Assembly: GCA_963749075.1 (NCBI GenBank)
Contig: CAVVLJ010000020.1
Span: 800,001 to 864,000 of the forward strand
DNA: 64,000 bases
Direction of reading: 5' to 3'
Source: an uncultured Pseudomonadota bacterium
GTDB taxonomy: Bacteria > Pseudomonadota > Alphaproteobacteria > JACZXZ01
Translations under genes and position numbers: made by a program
Shown: positions 8,400-18,741 of the stretch, piece after piece
How the letters are laid out: each line of letters opens with the position of its first letter
How positions within the stretch are numbered: position 1 is the stretch's first letter
Notes under the pieces: generated by a model
Told to the model about the DNA's origin: nothing
Database searches by the model: none
The model's input: only the letters and a program-made list of their open reading frames with translations

Positions 8400-10269
8400 C
8401 TAATGCACGTCGTTGAGAGCCGGCAGCAGGCTCTGGAAGCTCAGCCAGCTCCACAGGAAGAGGCGGTGGTCGCTGCGCCCGGCGCGATGGTCGCGCCAGC
8501 ACTGCTCGACCCAGCGCGTCTTGACGCCGGCGATGGGCGGCAAGGGCGGTGCCGCGGGCAGCGCCCGCAGCCATTTCGCGACCGGGATGCCGAAGCCCTT
8601 CTTGCGCCGCCGGAGCACCTCGCGCGGCAGGAGCGGTGCCACCGCCTTCTTGAGGAGATACTTGCGCTCGCCGTTGCGGTACTTGAAGCGTCCGGGCAGG
8701 CGCTGGCAGAAGGCGACGATGTCGTTGTCGAGGAAGACGGCGCGGCCCTCGAGCGAGGACATCATGCTGGCACGGTCCGACTTCGTCAGGATGTCGTCCT
8801 GCAGATAGAGGTTGGTGTAGAACTCGAGGGTGCGGTCGAGGACGCCGAGGCGCGGGTCGCGGTTCCACAGCGCGATCGCCTCCTCGAAGAGCTCCTCCGG
8901 CCGGATGGGCGCCTCGAAGAGATCGGCCATGGTATCGGGCTCGACCGAGCCGAGCCAGACCGCGTTCCACAGCGCGCGCGGATAGGAGAGGCCGGTGAGC
9001 CCGCGGCGGATCTTGAAGTCGAGGCTCATGTTGCGGGTGGAGGCGGGCAAAAGCTCGGCCAGGCGGCGGAAGCCCCGGTGGAGCGGCCGGGGCACGAGAT
9101 GCTCGTAGAGCTGCGCCGGCTGCAGCGCCTTGATGGGGTCGTAGCCGGCAAAGAGCTCGTCGCCGCCGTCGCCCGAGAGCGCTACCGTGACGCGGGTGCG
9201 CGCGAAGCGGCAGACGAGGTAGGTCGGCAGGATCGAGGCGTCGCCGAGCGGCTCGTCGAGGTGCCGGAGCACGCCCTCCATCATGCCTTGGGCCGCCGCG
9301 AGGTCGAGGATCTGCTCGTGATGGCGGGTGCGGAAGGCCGCCGCCACCGCGCGCGCCTGGGCCGATTCGTCGAACGACGGCTCGGTGAAGCCGATGGTGA
9401 AGGTCTCGATCTGCTCGGACGGCAGATGGTCGCTCACCGCGGCGAGCACGCTGCTCGAATCGATGCCGCCGCTCAGGAAGATGCCGAGCGGCACGTCGCT
9501 CATGAGGCGCCGCCGCGCCGCCTGGAGGAGGAGGTGGCGCAGCTCCTCCGCGAGGCCCGCCTCGGCGTCGTCGCCCAGGCTCTCGTCGGGCGTTATGGCG
9601 AATTGCCAGTAGCGGCCAACGCGCAGGCTCCCCGAGGCGATGTCGAAGGTGAGGTGGCAGCCGCCCGGCAGCTTGCGGCTGTGCTCGTAAAGGGCATTGG
9701 GCGCCGGCATGTAGCCGTAGGCGAAGAACTTCTGGAGCGCGCGGATGTCGATGCTGCGGCCGATCTCGGGGTGGCACAGCATGGCGCTCAGCTCGCTCGC
9801 GAAGGCGAAGAGGCCGGGCCGGTGGCTGTAGTAGAGCGGCTTCTCGCCGAAACGGTCGCGCGCGAGAAAAAGGCGCTGCCGCGGGCGGTCGTAGATGGCG
9901 AAGGCGAACATGCCGTTGAGGCGGAGCGGCAGATCGGCGCCCCATTCCTCGTAGCCGTGCACCAGCACCTCGGTGTCCGAGTGGTCGGAGCGGAAACGGT
10001 GCCCCTTCTCCTCGAGGAGCGCCCTCAGCTCGAGGTGATTGTAGATCTCGCCGTTCTGGATGACGCAGACGCTCTGCGTCCTCGTTCCACATCGGCTGCG
10101 CGCCGCCCGCGAGATCCACGATGGCGAGCCGCCGGTGGCCGAGATGGAGGCGTCTCGCCTCGTCGATGAAGTGCGCCTCGCCGTCCGGCCCGCGGTGGGC
10201 CAAGGCCGCCGTCATGGCGCCGAGATCGTCACGGTCCCCGGGACCCACGAAGCCGACGATGCCGCACAT
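8400..10269 (-). CDS. asnB: Asparagine synthase-like glutamine-hydrolysing amidotransferase with +1 frameshift near 10077
   Basis: N-terminal MCGIVG, HRGPD, LGHRRLAIVDL in one frame; QNGEIYN, SDTEV, ARDRFGEKPLYY, FLSGGIDSS, SGDGGDELFAGY, KKGFGIP in another; span 1870 nt = 3n+1. Confidence 0.9.
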
Positions 10270-11273
10270 CAGTCCTTGCTTCCGAAGTTGACGAGCTCGC
10301 GCACCAGATAGGCCCTGCGCTGCTGCGATTCGAAATAGGTCCTGATCAGGATCTCCGCCAGCAGTCCCATGAGGATGCTCATGACGCCGACCAGGAACGT
10401 CATGGTGACGACGAGGGGGAGCGGCGTCAGGATCATCGAGTACCCCTCAGCGAACTTGAGGTACAGCATATAGCATCCCGCGAGAAGCGACAAAAACAAC
10501 GAAATGAATCCGAAGCCGCCGAAGACATAGATCGGCTTGACGAAATAGTGCTGGAGGAACTTCACGACCATGAGGTCGAGGAGAACCTTGACGATGCGCC
10601 CGAGGCCGTATTTCGAGCGGCCGAAGCGGCGCGGGTGGTGCTTGACCGGCATCTCGACGACGCGGGCGCCCATCCAGCTCGCATAGATGGGAATGAAGCG
10701 GTGCATCTCGCCGTAGAGCCGCACGTCCTTCACCATCTCGCGGCGGTAGGCCTTGAGCGTGCAGCCGTAGTCCCTGAGCTTGACGCCGGAGACGAAGGAG
10801 ATGAAGGAATTGGCGATGCGGCTCACGAGCACGCGCCGGATCGCCGCGTCCTGCCTGTCCTTGCGCCAGCCGGAGACCACGTCATAGCCTTCCGCCAGCT
10901 TCTCGACGAGCAGGGGGATGTCGGCGGGGTCGTTCTGCAGGTCGGCGTCGAGCGAGACGATGATCTCGCCTTGCGAATGGTCGATGCCGGCCATGAGGGC
11001 CGCGGTCTGGCCGTAGTTGCGGCGGAAGTCGACGATCCTGAGCTGCGCATGCCGGCTCGTCTCGCTGCGCAGCGCCTCGAGCGAGCGGTCCGTGCTGCCG
11101 TCGTTCACGGCCACGACCTCGAAGCCGTAGGGCAGGCTCTCGAGGACCGCGAAGAGGCGCTCGGAGAGGAGGGGAACGTTCTCCTCCTCGTTGTAGACCG
11201 GGATGATGACCGAGAGACGCGGCGCGCCCCCTTCGCGCGCTGCCTCCATCGCCTTGAGGACCTCGACCTCCAT
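10269..11273 (-). CDS. GT2 glycosyltransferase, polyprenol-phosphate type (GtrB/ArnC-like)
   Basis: SVIIPVYNEEEN, VNDGSTD, RNYGQTAA, LDADLQNDP, LYGEMHRFIP, two C-terminal TM helices. Confidence 0.92.
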   Translation of the reverse strand: MEVEVLKAMEAAREGGAPRLSVIIPVYNEEENVPLLSERLFAVLESLPYGFEVVAVNDGSTDRSLEALRSETSRHAQLRIVDFRRNYGQTAALMAGIDHSQGEIIVSLDADLQNDPADIPLLVEKLAEGYDVVSGWRKDRQDAAIRRVLVSRIANSFISFVSGVKLRDYGCTLKAYRREMVKDVRLYGEMHRFIPIYASWMGARVVEMPVKHHPRRFGRSKYGLGRIVKVLLDLMVVKFLQHYFVKPIYVFGGFGFISLFLSLLAGCYMLYLKFAEGYSMILTPLPLVVTMTFLVGVMSILMGLLAEILIRTYFESQQRRAYLVRELVNFGSKD

Positions 11274-11612
11274 TCAGGCACCCCCCGAGGATGCGTGCGG
11301 CGTGCGAGCGGCATTGCCGTGGCGCCTTATCCCGCCGATCGACGGAGCGGTCAATAGTCCCGATTCCGGGCGCCGCCGCGCGCTCGGGCCGGTCCTGCCG
11401 GCCGCCGCCGATCGCCGCTCCACTTCTATGGCGGCCTCGGGCGCCGCGGCCGGCCGCTCGGGCCGCCGTCCGGGCGTCGCGGTTGAGGTGCCGGCCTCCG
11501 CTCTGTTAGGTTGAGCGCAATGCCGTCGATCGCGGCCCGGCGATGTGCGGCAGGCGATCGATTTGGACGGTGCAACCACGTTCGACGAAACGCCCGGCAT
11601 TCTAGTCATCGG

Positions 11613-13214
11613 ATGAAGATCATGCACATTCCGCGCTTCGCGAGCGGCGCTGCGAGCCGGCGCAACGGCCTGTTGATCGCGCTCGCGGCGGTGCTCATCG
11701 CGCTGACGTTTTTCGAGGGCGTGCGAGCCGGCGCCGACAAGGTCTTGCCCGGACCCATGCAACGCCATCGGGACGCGATCGCGATCGCGCTCACGCTTCT
11801 GCAGTACGGCAAGTGGTTCGGCTACGCCAGCTACAAGAGCGTCAACCTGGCGCTCGACGCCAATGGCCTGAGCCTGCAGCCGGCGGAGGTGCGGCCGCTG
11901 GGGCTCGGCGGCTATATCGAGACGATGAGGCGTCCCGATATTCTGGACCATGCGATCGCCGTGGCTTCGTCGTTGAAGGATCCCGCCGGTCGGGGGCTCT
12001 ATTTTCTCGACGCCAACGAAAAAGGCATGGCGATTTACTACATCATTTCCTTCGTCATTTTCGGCCGGAACGTCGCGGGGTTTTTCTACACGTACATATT
12101 GCTGCTCTCGGTTTCCGCGGCGATCTTCGCGGCGACCTTCCGGCGGAGGACCGACGCACTGATGTTCCTGACGGCCGTCCTCGGCGCACAGTACGTGGCC
12201 GTCCTGGCCTGCCAGGATTTGGCGGGCAACGTCGGCGCCATCCACAGCTCGCGATTCCTGTCGGTCCTGACGATCCCGGGCATGTTCCAGCTCATGCTGC
12301 TCTCGCGCGAGCGAAGGCCGTTGCGGACTTGGGTGGCGCTTGGCGCTGCGGTGCAGGTGCTGCTCATGGTCCTCGTCCTCAATGCGCGGACGACCGAGGC
12401 CTGGGAATTCATCGCGGTATTCGCACTCGCGGGCGCGTTGGCGGCATGCCATCTCTTGCGCAGGAAGCGCGCGATCGCGTGGCCGGCGGTGTGGCCGAGC
12501 GGCCTTCTCGTCGCCGGATTGCTCGTCTTCCAGGTTCACCAGGCGACGGCTTTGAACAGGCATTATCTCGGGGCGCACGGCACGTCCGGCCACATCTTCT
12601 GGCACAACGTCGCGACGGCGCTCCACAACAACCCCCTGCGCACCGAGCGCTTCGGCATCCCGTCCGACCTGTCGCCCTTCGACGATCGCATCTCGTACTA
12701 CCTCTTCGAAAGAGAGATCGCCGCGCGCGGCCTGCCCTTGTCCGATTTCCTCCTCGATGACGGCGAGTGGAAGCTGCGCACGAGCGATCCGCGCTACGAC
12801 TACATATGGCCGCGCTACGATGCCGTGCTCGAGGACGTCGTGCTGCGCCAGATTGCCGAGCACCCGGCCTACGCTCTGCGCTCCTTCTTCGTCTATCAGC
12901 CGATCAGCGCCGCCCGGGCGCTCGCTGCCCTCGGCCTCGAGGAATGGCGGAAGGCGCCGCTTTGGCCCCTGCTGCTGCTCGCATTGGGGCCGCTCGCCGC
13001 TTCGCGCCGGGCGGGCGCGGGACACCCGCACCTCGGCCTGCCGGTCGCGATCGCGCTCATCTTTTCGTTCTTGCCCTCCTGCTTTGCGGCCGCAAGCGCG
13101 TTCCGGCTCATCGACTTCATGACGCTGCTGCTCGCCGCCTCGCTTGCGGCGGCGCTCCAAGCCGAAACCCGGCTTTTGCGCGGATTGTTGGGCGGCCGCC
13201 GGCGCGCGCCGTGA
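11613..13214 (+). CDS. Polytopic membrane protein, putative GT-C-like glycosyltransferase
   Basis: About 533 aa with multiple TM helices and a large loop (HIFWHNVATALHNNP); divergent from GT2; start uncertain (11511-11622). Confidence 0.65.
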   Translation: MKIMHIPRFASGAASRRNGLLIALAAVLIALTFFEGVRAGADKVLPGPMQRHRDAIAIALTLLQYGKWFGYASYKSVNLALDANGLSLQPAEVRPLGLGGYIETMRRPDILDHAIAVASSLKDPAGRGLYFLDANEKGMAIYYIISFVIFGRNVAGFFYTYILLLSVSAAIFAATFRRRTDALMFLTAVLGAQYVAVLACQDLAGNVGAIHSSRFLSVLTIPGMFQLMLLSRERRPLRTWVALGAAVQVLLMVLVLNARTTEAWEFIAVFALAGALAACHLLRRKRAIAWPAVWPSGLLVAGLLVFQVHQATALNRHYLGAHGTSGHIFWHNVATALHNNPLRTERFGIPSDLSPFDDRISYYLFEREIAARGLPLSDFLLDDGEWKLRTSDPRYDYIWPRYDAVLEDVVLRQIAEHPAYALRSFFVYQPISAARALAALGLEEWRKAPLWPLLLLALGPLAASRRAGAGHPHLGLPVAIALIFSFLPSCFAAASAFRLIDFMTLLLAASLAAALQAETRLLRGLLGGRRRAP

Positions 13215-13253
13215 GCGCATCCGGCGGGCCGCGATCGGGCGAACCGGCGGCCG

Positions 13254-14084
13254 TCACGCGATCGGCCTGCGAAAGACGACGGTTTGCAGATAGGTGCGCC
13301 CGAGCAGCGCGCCCGTGGCGAAGAGGAGGGCGACGCCGGCACGCATCACGAGCGCGGCCGCACCCGAGGGCGCCGGCATGTCGATCGCGGCGAGCGGCGC
13401 GTTGTGGAGCATGGCGCCCTCGGGCCGCAAGCCTTCGTCCTCGAGGAGGCGCGACAGCGAGGCGCGGTTGAAATGGTGGAGGTGGTGCCGGCTATAGAGA
13501 CGATCGAAGGGCAGCGTCACGCCGAGGCGGCGCAGGAGACGCGCGGCCGCATAGAGCAGGCTGTCGTCGTTGAGGGTCATGACGATGACGAGTCCGCCCG
13601 GCCTCGCGAGGGCTTTCAGGCGCCGCGCGAAGCCGTGCGCGTCGAGCACATGCTCGATCGCGGCGAGGCTGACCACCACGGAGAACTGCCGCCCGACGTC
13701 GGTCGAGAGCGCGTCGCCGCGGATGAATTCGATCCCCGCCTGGGGCGCGTTCGTCATCAGATCGATGCCCGCGAGCGCCGCAGGCGCCGCCGGCTGGCCG
13801 GCGAGATAACGCAGCAGGTTGCCGTTGCCGCAGCCCACGTCGATGAGCGAGCGCGGCGCGGGCTCGCGCCCGAGGAGCCGTGCGATGCGCGCGAAGAGCT
13901 CGAGATCGGGGTGCGCGAACCAGTTGCGGTGGGTCTTCTCGAAATAGTCCGCATCGTACGGTTCCATGGCGAGGCCCGGCTTGAGCCGGCTGAAGCGGTG
14001 GCCGCAATCGGTGCAGCGGTAGAGCTCGACCTCCGGATGCCGGGCGTCCGGCCGCGATAAGCTTGCGCAGATCGGACAATTCAT
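13254..14084 (-). CDS. Class I SAM-dependent methyltransferase with N-terminal Zn-binding CxxC...CxxC
   Basis: MNCPIC...YRCTDCG, LIDVGCGNG, AIEHV, HHLHHFN. Confidence 0.88.
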   Translation of the reverse strand: MNCPICASLSRPDARHPEVELYRCTDCGHRFSRLKPGLAMEPYDADYFEKTHRNWFAHPDLELFARIARLLGREPAPRSLIDVGCGNGNLLRYLAGQPAAPAALAGIDLMTNAPQAGIEFIRGDALSTDVGRQFSVVVSLAAIEHVLDAHGFARRLKALARPGGLVIVMTLNDDSLLYAAARLLRRLGVTLPFDRLYSRHHLHHFNRASLSRLLEDEGLRPEGAMLHNAPLAAIDMPAPSGAAALVMRAGVALLFATGALLGRTYLQTVVFRRPIA

Positions 14085-14147
14085 GGTGTGGTACCGGCAC
14101 CCCGATTTGAGCGAGCCCGGCTCGCTGCTGCAACGGCAAGAGGCCAC

Positions 14148-14921
14148 ATGAAGGTCGTCATTCTCGCGGGCGGCTACGGGACCCGGATTGCGGAGGAAAC
14201 CGCACGCATTCCAAAGCCGATGATCGAAATCGGCGGCCGGCCGATCCTCTGGCACATCATGAAGATCTACGACCGCTTCGGCTACAAGGATTTCATCGTC
14301 GCTTGCGGCTACAAGGGCGCCGTGATCAAGGATTACTTCGACCGCTTCCAGGCGATCAACAGCGACTGGACGGTGAGGCTCTCCGACGGAAGGCGGCAGC
14401 CCGGTCCCGGTGCCGTGCCCGATTGGATCGTGGCGCCCGTCGACACCGGCCTCGACACCATGACGGCCGGGCGGCTCAAGCGCCTCGGCCAATGGATCGG
14501 CGGCGACACCTTTCTCGCCACTTACGGCGACGGCGTCGCGAACGTCGACATCGGCGAGCTCGTGGCCTTCCATCGCCGCCACGGCCGTCTCGCCACCGTG
14601 ACCGCCGTGCGCCCGCCCGCCCGCTTCGGCAGCCTCGATCTCGCCGGCGATCTGGTGAGCGAATTCTCCGAGAAGGCCCAGGGACGCGAGGGTTGGATCA
14701 ACGGCGGGTTCTTCGTTTTCGAGCGCGGGCTGCTCGACCGCATCGCGGGCGACGCGAGCTCGCTCGAGGACGACGTGCTCGGCGTGCTCGCGTCCGAGGG
14801 CCAGCTTGCCGCCTTCCGCCATGAGGGCTACTGGCACCCGATGGACACGCTCAGGGACCGCGACCATCTCGAGCGGCTGTGGCGCGCCGGCACGGCACCT
14901 TGGAAACTGTGGCCCGAGTGA
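14148..14921 (+). CDS. rfbF: Glucose-1-phosphate cytidylyltransferase
   Basis: MKVVILAGGYGTRIAEET, PKPMIEIGGRPILWHIMK, DTGLDTMTAGRLKR, TYGDGV, WINGGFF, WHPMDTLRD, APWKLW. Confidence 0.95.
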   Translation: MKVVILAGGYGTRIAEETARIPKPMIEIGGRPILWHIMKIYDRFGYKDFIVACGYKGAVIKDYFDRFQAINSDWTVRLSDGRRQPGPGAVPDWIVAPVDTGLDTMTAGRLKRLGQWIGGDTFLATYGDGVANVDIGELVAFHRRHGRLATVTAVRPPARFGSLDLAGDLVSEFSEKAQGREGWINGGFFVFERGLLDRIAGDASSLEDDVLGVLASEGQLAAFRHEGYWHPMDTLRDRDHLERLWRAGTAPWKLWPE

Positions 14922-15784
14922 AGCGGCGCCGGCGGATCATCCTCTTCGGCGCGGGCGGCCGGCTTGGCCGCGCAATTGCGGAGGCGGCAGCGCCGGTCGG
15001 CCGGCCCGTGGTGACGGTGGCGTGGTCCGAAGCCGCTCGCTGGGCAGCGTCCGACCAGAGGAGGATTCTCGCGCGCTTTGCCGCCGCCGGCGGCGAGGCC
15101 GATATCGTCTTCGCGGGCGGCATCACGGATCCCGGCGCAGCGGAAGCCGATCTTATGCGCGGCAACCTCGGGCTCCCGGCGTCGGTGATCGAGGCCTGCG
15201 CCGACGACCCGCGATACCGCTATTTGACGTTCGGCTCCGCGCTCGAGACGTTCGCCGGGCTCTCGGCAGGCAATCGCTATCTTGCTTCCAAGGCGGCCTT
15301 GTGGCGGCACCTGGAGACGCTGATGGCGGAGCCGCGGCTTGCCGGGCGGATCGCGCATTTGCGGCTGCACACGCTCTACGGGGGAACGCCGGCACCCCAC
15401 TCGTTCCTCGGACAGATTCACGAGAGCCTCAGGGCGCGCCGGATCTTTCGCATGAGCGAGGGCCGCCAGCTTCGCGAATATTGTCATGTCGCGGACGCGG
15501 CGCGCTCGGTGCTGGCACTCCTCTCCCGCGACTGGCGCGGTGAAGCGGTGCTGCATCTCAGCACGGGGACGCCGGTCGCGCTCCGCGAGGTCGCGATTGC
15601 GGTATTCCGCGCCTTCGGCCGCGAGGAGCTGCTCAGGCTTGCGGCGCTGCCGACGCCTGGGGGGGAGAACATGGACCTGCGTCTTCCGCGCTCGCCGGCC
15701 TGGCTCCTGGGACGCCCCCGCGCGCCCATTCCAGGCATCGTCGAATGGCTCTCGGACCTGCTCGGCGAGCCGCATGGCGGGTGA
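14918..15784 (+). CDS. NAD-dependent epimerase/dehydratase/reductase (extended SDR)
   Basis: GTGA overlap with rfbF; GAGGRLG Rossmann motif, YLASK catalytic motif, LHTLYG, GRQLREYCHVADAA. Confidence 0.85.
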   Translation: MKRRRRIILFGAGGRLGRAIAEAAAPVGRPVVTVAWSEAARWAASDQRRILARFAAAGGEADIVFAGGITDPGAAEADLMRGNLGLPASVIEACADDPRYRYLTFGSALETFAGLSAGNRYLASKAALWRHLETLMAEPRLAGRIAHLRLHTLYGGTPAPHSFLGQIHESLRARRIFRMSEGRQLREYCHVADAARSVLALLSRDWRGEAVLHLSTGTPVALREVAIAVFRAFGREELLRLAALPTPGGENMDLRLPRSPAWLLGRPRAPIPGIVEWLSDLLGEPHGG

Positions 15785-15796
15785 CGGCGGGCGGGC

Positions 15797-16480
15797 TCAG
15801 CCCCCCGGCCCCTTGAGGCCCCAGACGCAGTATTGGGCGCCCGCCGGAAGCCAGCCGAGCGCGCGCTCGGCGCGCTCGATGAGCCTGTGACGGAAGGGCG
15901 AGAAGCCGATGTAGCGCCGGCCCGCGACCGACGCGCCGCCTTGGACGAGGAGCAGTGCTGCCTCCCGGCTGCCCAGCAGCACGGCGTCGGCGTCGAAGGC
16001 GCAGCGCGACACGATGCGCCGCGTCACGGGGTTGAGCGGATTGTGCTCGATCACGATGGCGGCTCCCCGCGGGCGCAGCGGACGCAGCATCTCCGCCACG
16101 AAGCCGCGCCGTGCCTCCGGCGGCACGTGATGCAGCACGCAAATCGCGAACACCGCGTCGAGCGACGCATCGGCGAAGGGCAGATGCCGCCCGTCGTAAT
16201 GGACGAAGTTCGTCGCGGGCGAGCGCTCGCGGGCAAGCTCAAGCGAGCGGCGGCTCACGTCGGCGGCGCTGAGCTCTTTGACCTTTGGCTCGAGCTCGCA
16301 GTCGATCAGGCCTATGCCGCAGCCGATGTCGAGCACGCGCAGTCCTGCGGGCTCGCCCACCGATCTCGCGAGCACCTCGAGGATGAGGCGCGCCTTCTCC
16401 GCGGCGAGGCCCTCGACCGAGACGCCCGCGACCGCCTCGACGGCGTCGCGATACGCGTCGGCATGCCGGTCAAAGTCCAT
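15797..16480 (-). CDS. Class I SAM-dependent methyltransferase
   Basis: MDFDRHADAY, VLDIGCGIG, YDGRHLPF, CVLHHVP, IEHNPLNP. Confidence 0.9.
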   Translation of the reverse strand: MDFDRHADAYRDAVEAVAGVSVEGLAAEKARLILEVLARSVGEPAGLRVLDIGCGIGLIDCELEPKVKELSAADVSRRSLELARERSPATNFVHYDGRHLPFADASLDAVFAICVLHHVPPEARRGFVAEMLRPLRPRGAAIVIEHNPLNPVTRRIVSRCAFDADAVLLGSREAALLLVQGGASVAGRRYIGFSPFRHRLIERAERALGWLPAGAQYCVWGLKGPGG

Positions 16481-17510
16481 CGCCCATATCCGGCGGCCGC
16501 CCCTCGCCGCCGAGCGGCAACACGACGTCCGCGACCGCCTGGGTGGCGCGGGCCCCGCCCTCGCGTCCCGCCGCCTCCGCGCGGTCGACGAAGCGCTCCA
16601 CGATGGCAAGCGGCTGCGGCTTCACCTGGCGATAGATGCGCGCCAGATACTCGCCGATGATGCCGAGGAAGATGGCATTCGCCGCGAGCGAGACGAGCAT
16701 GAGAAAGGCGAGCGTGGCAAAACCCGCCGGCCACGGCCTGCCGTAGGCAAGCCACAGCACGAAATAGACCATGATGGCCAAGACGGCGAGGAGCGCCAGA
16801 GCGCCGCCGACGACGCTCGCGAGCCTGAGGGGGAGGATCGAGTGGCTGACGATACCGTCGAGCGCCAGATCCAAAAGGCTGCCGAAGCCGAAGGCGCTCT
16901 TTCCGCGCTGGCGCTCGGCACGGTCGTAATCGACCCCGATCTGCCTGTAGCCGAGCGTCGCAATGAAGCCCCGGAGATAGGGGTTCTCGTCGCGGTAGCT
17001 GTGCAGCAGGTCGAGGACGCAGCGGTCGACGAGCCGGAAGTCGCCTGCATCGTGCGGCAGCTCGTCGCTGCTGAGCAGCGCGATGAGCCGGTAAAACAAA
17101 CGCCGCGCGCCGTGGAGGTAAAAAGGCTCGGGACGGGAGCGGCGCACGCCGTAGACGATCTTGTAGCCGGCCTCCCATAGCTTGACGAACTCGAGGATGA
17201 GCTCGGGCGGATCCTGCAGGTCGCAGTCGATCTGCACCGCGGCGTCGCCTCGCGCCAGCCGGTAGCCGGTGAGGATCGAGCGCTGGAAGCCGAAGTTCCG
17301 CGTGAAGCGGTAGGCGCGCACCCTGGCATCGCGCGCCGCGAGCCGCTCGAGGCGTTCGAAGGTGCCGTCGCTGCTGCAATTGTCGGTGAAGACGAACTCC
17401 CAGGCGTAGCGGTCGGCGATGCCGTCGAGCACGCGGGTGACGGCGTCGTAGAGCGGCTCGACGTTCGCTTCTTCATTGTAGACGGGGACGACGATGGAGA
17501 GCAGCCTCAT
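16470..17510 (-). CDS. GT2 glycosyltransferase, GtrB-like bactoprenol glycosyltransferase
   Basis: SIVVPVYNEEAN, FTDNCSSD, RNFGFQRS, IDCDLQDPPE, AGDFRLVDR, two C-terminal TM helices. Confidence 0.92.
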   Translation of the reverse strand: MRLLSIVVPVYNEEANVEPLYDAVTRVLDGIADRYAWEFVFTDNCSSDGTFERLERLAARDARVRAYRFTRNFGFQRSILTGYRLARGDAAVQIDCDLQDPPELILEFVKLWEAGYKIVYGVRRSRPEPFYLHGARRLFYRLIALLSSDELPHDAGDFRLVDRCVLDLLHSYRDENPYLRGFIATLGYRQIGVDYDRAERQRGKSAFGFGSLLDLALDGIVSHSILPLRLASVVGGALALLAVLAIMVYFVLWLAYGRPWPAGFATLAFLMLVSLAANAIFLGIIGEYLARIYRQVKPQPLAIVERFVDRAEAAGREGGARATQAVADVVLPLGGEGRPPDMGDGL

Positions 17511-18637
17511 GGCGCCGCCCGCGCGGCCGCGGACCGCGGCGCCGCGTCGCCCGTCTCGCGGCAGGCGGCCTCGAACTCGGCGATCTGAGCCTCGCTCGCG
17601 CGAATGGCGTCGTCGCCGTGCTCGATGACGCGGCGATACCAATCGACGGTGAGCTCGATCGTGCGATCGATGGCCAATGCCGGCCGCCAGCCGAGCTCGC
17701 GCGCCGCCTTCGCCGAATCGAGGGCCAAGGTTTCCGCCTCCGGCACGCCCGCCTCGCCCTGCTCCTCGCCGGCGCTGCCCCTTCCCCAGCGGGCATGCAC
17801 GAGGCGGGCGAGCTCGCGCACCTCGGTCGTCCGGCGCGGATCGGGACCGAAGTTCCACGGCCCCTCGTAGCGCTCCGGCTCGCCGTGCAAGGCGCGCGCG
17901 AGGAGGAGATAGCCGTGGAGCGGGTCGAGCACGTGCTGCCAAGGCCGCGTCGCCGCGGGATGGCGGAGCTTGACCGGCTGGCCGGCGGCAAGGGCGCGCA
18001 CGATATCCGGCACGATCCGCCGCGGCGCCCAATCGCCGCCCCCGATGACGTTGCCCGCCCGCGCCGTCGCCAAGGCGGGCAGCCGGCCGTGCCGCAGGCT
18101 GCGCCGCCACGCCGCGGTCACGAGCTCCGAACAGGCCTTGCTCGCGCTGTAAGGGTCGTTGCCGCCGAGCGGGTCGTCCTCGCGGAAAGGCAGCTTGCGG
18201 CCCGCGTTCGCGTAGCACTTGTCGCTCGTGACGTTGAGCACGGCTCGCGTGGCAGCCGTGCCGCAGGCGGCGTCGAGCACGTGGGCGGTGCCCATGACGT
18301 TGACCGCGAAAGTGCCGATCGGATCGTCGCCGGAGCGCCCGACGAGGGACTGGGCGGCGAGATGAATGACGATCTCGGGCCGATGCGCGGCGAGCGCTTC
18401 CTTGACGAGGGCGCCGTCGCGCACGTCGATGGCAAGCGAGACCGCGACTGCGGGCTGAAAGAGGGCGCGGCTCGGATCGTCCGCCTCGGGCAGACTCAAG
18501 CCCACGACCCGCGCGCCGAGCCGGGTCAGCCAGAGCGAAAGCCAGGCCCCTTTGAACCCGGTATGCCCGGTCACCAGCACGGTCTTGCCCGCGTAGAAGT
18601 CCGCCAATCGGTCGCTCTTGTCCGCGCTTGTGCGCAT
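17507..18637 (-). CDS. rfbG: CDP-glucose 4,6-dehydratase
   Basis: VLVTGHTGFKGAWL, HLAAQSLV, VTSDKCY, DPYSASKA, RAGNVIGGGDW, TRPWQHVLDPL. Confidence 0.95.
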   Translation of the reverse strand: MRTSADKSDRLADFYAGKTVLVTGHTGFKGAWLSLWLTRLGARVVGLSLPEADDPSRALFQPAVAVSLAIDVRDGALVKEALAAHRPEIVIHLAAQSLVGRSGDDPIGTFAVNVMGTAHVLDAACGTAATRAVLNVTSDKCYANAGRKLPFREDDPLGGNDPYSASKACSELVTAAWRRSLRHGRLPALATARAGNVIGGGDWAPRRIVPDIVRALAAGQPVKLRHPAATRPWQHVLDPLHGYLLLARALHGEPERYEGPWNFGPDPRRTTEVRELARLVHARWGRGSAGEEQGEAGVPEAETLALDSAKAARELGWRPALAIDRTIELTVDWYRRVIEHGDDAIRASEAQIAEFEAACRETGDAAPRSAAARAAP

Positions 18638-18701
18638 CTTGGGCCTAGGCTCCTCGCCGTTGCCGAATGTCCATTGTAATCCGGCGCTTACGACATCACC
18701 A

Positions 18702-18741
18702 GCCCGGCGGCCCGGCGGCCCGGCGGCCCGGCGGCCCGGCG
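18702..18741. repeat. Perfect tandem repeat (GCCCGGCG)x5 upstream of rfbG
   Basis: Read directly: gcccggcg five times, 65 bp upstream of the rfbG start, in the divergent intergenic region. Confidence 0.9.

Noticed and set aside
7560-10169. 869-aa plus-strand ORF and other long antisense or alternate-frame ORFs (e.g. 57726-61187, 55409-57889, 26564-28891)
   Set aside because: They are shadows of recognisable genes in high-GC DNA, with Arg/Ala/Pro-rich translations and no motifs
7576-10269. 897-aa ORF as a single long protein
   Set aside because: Only the first about 64 residues are AsnB; the rest is out-of-frame read-through after the +1 insertion
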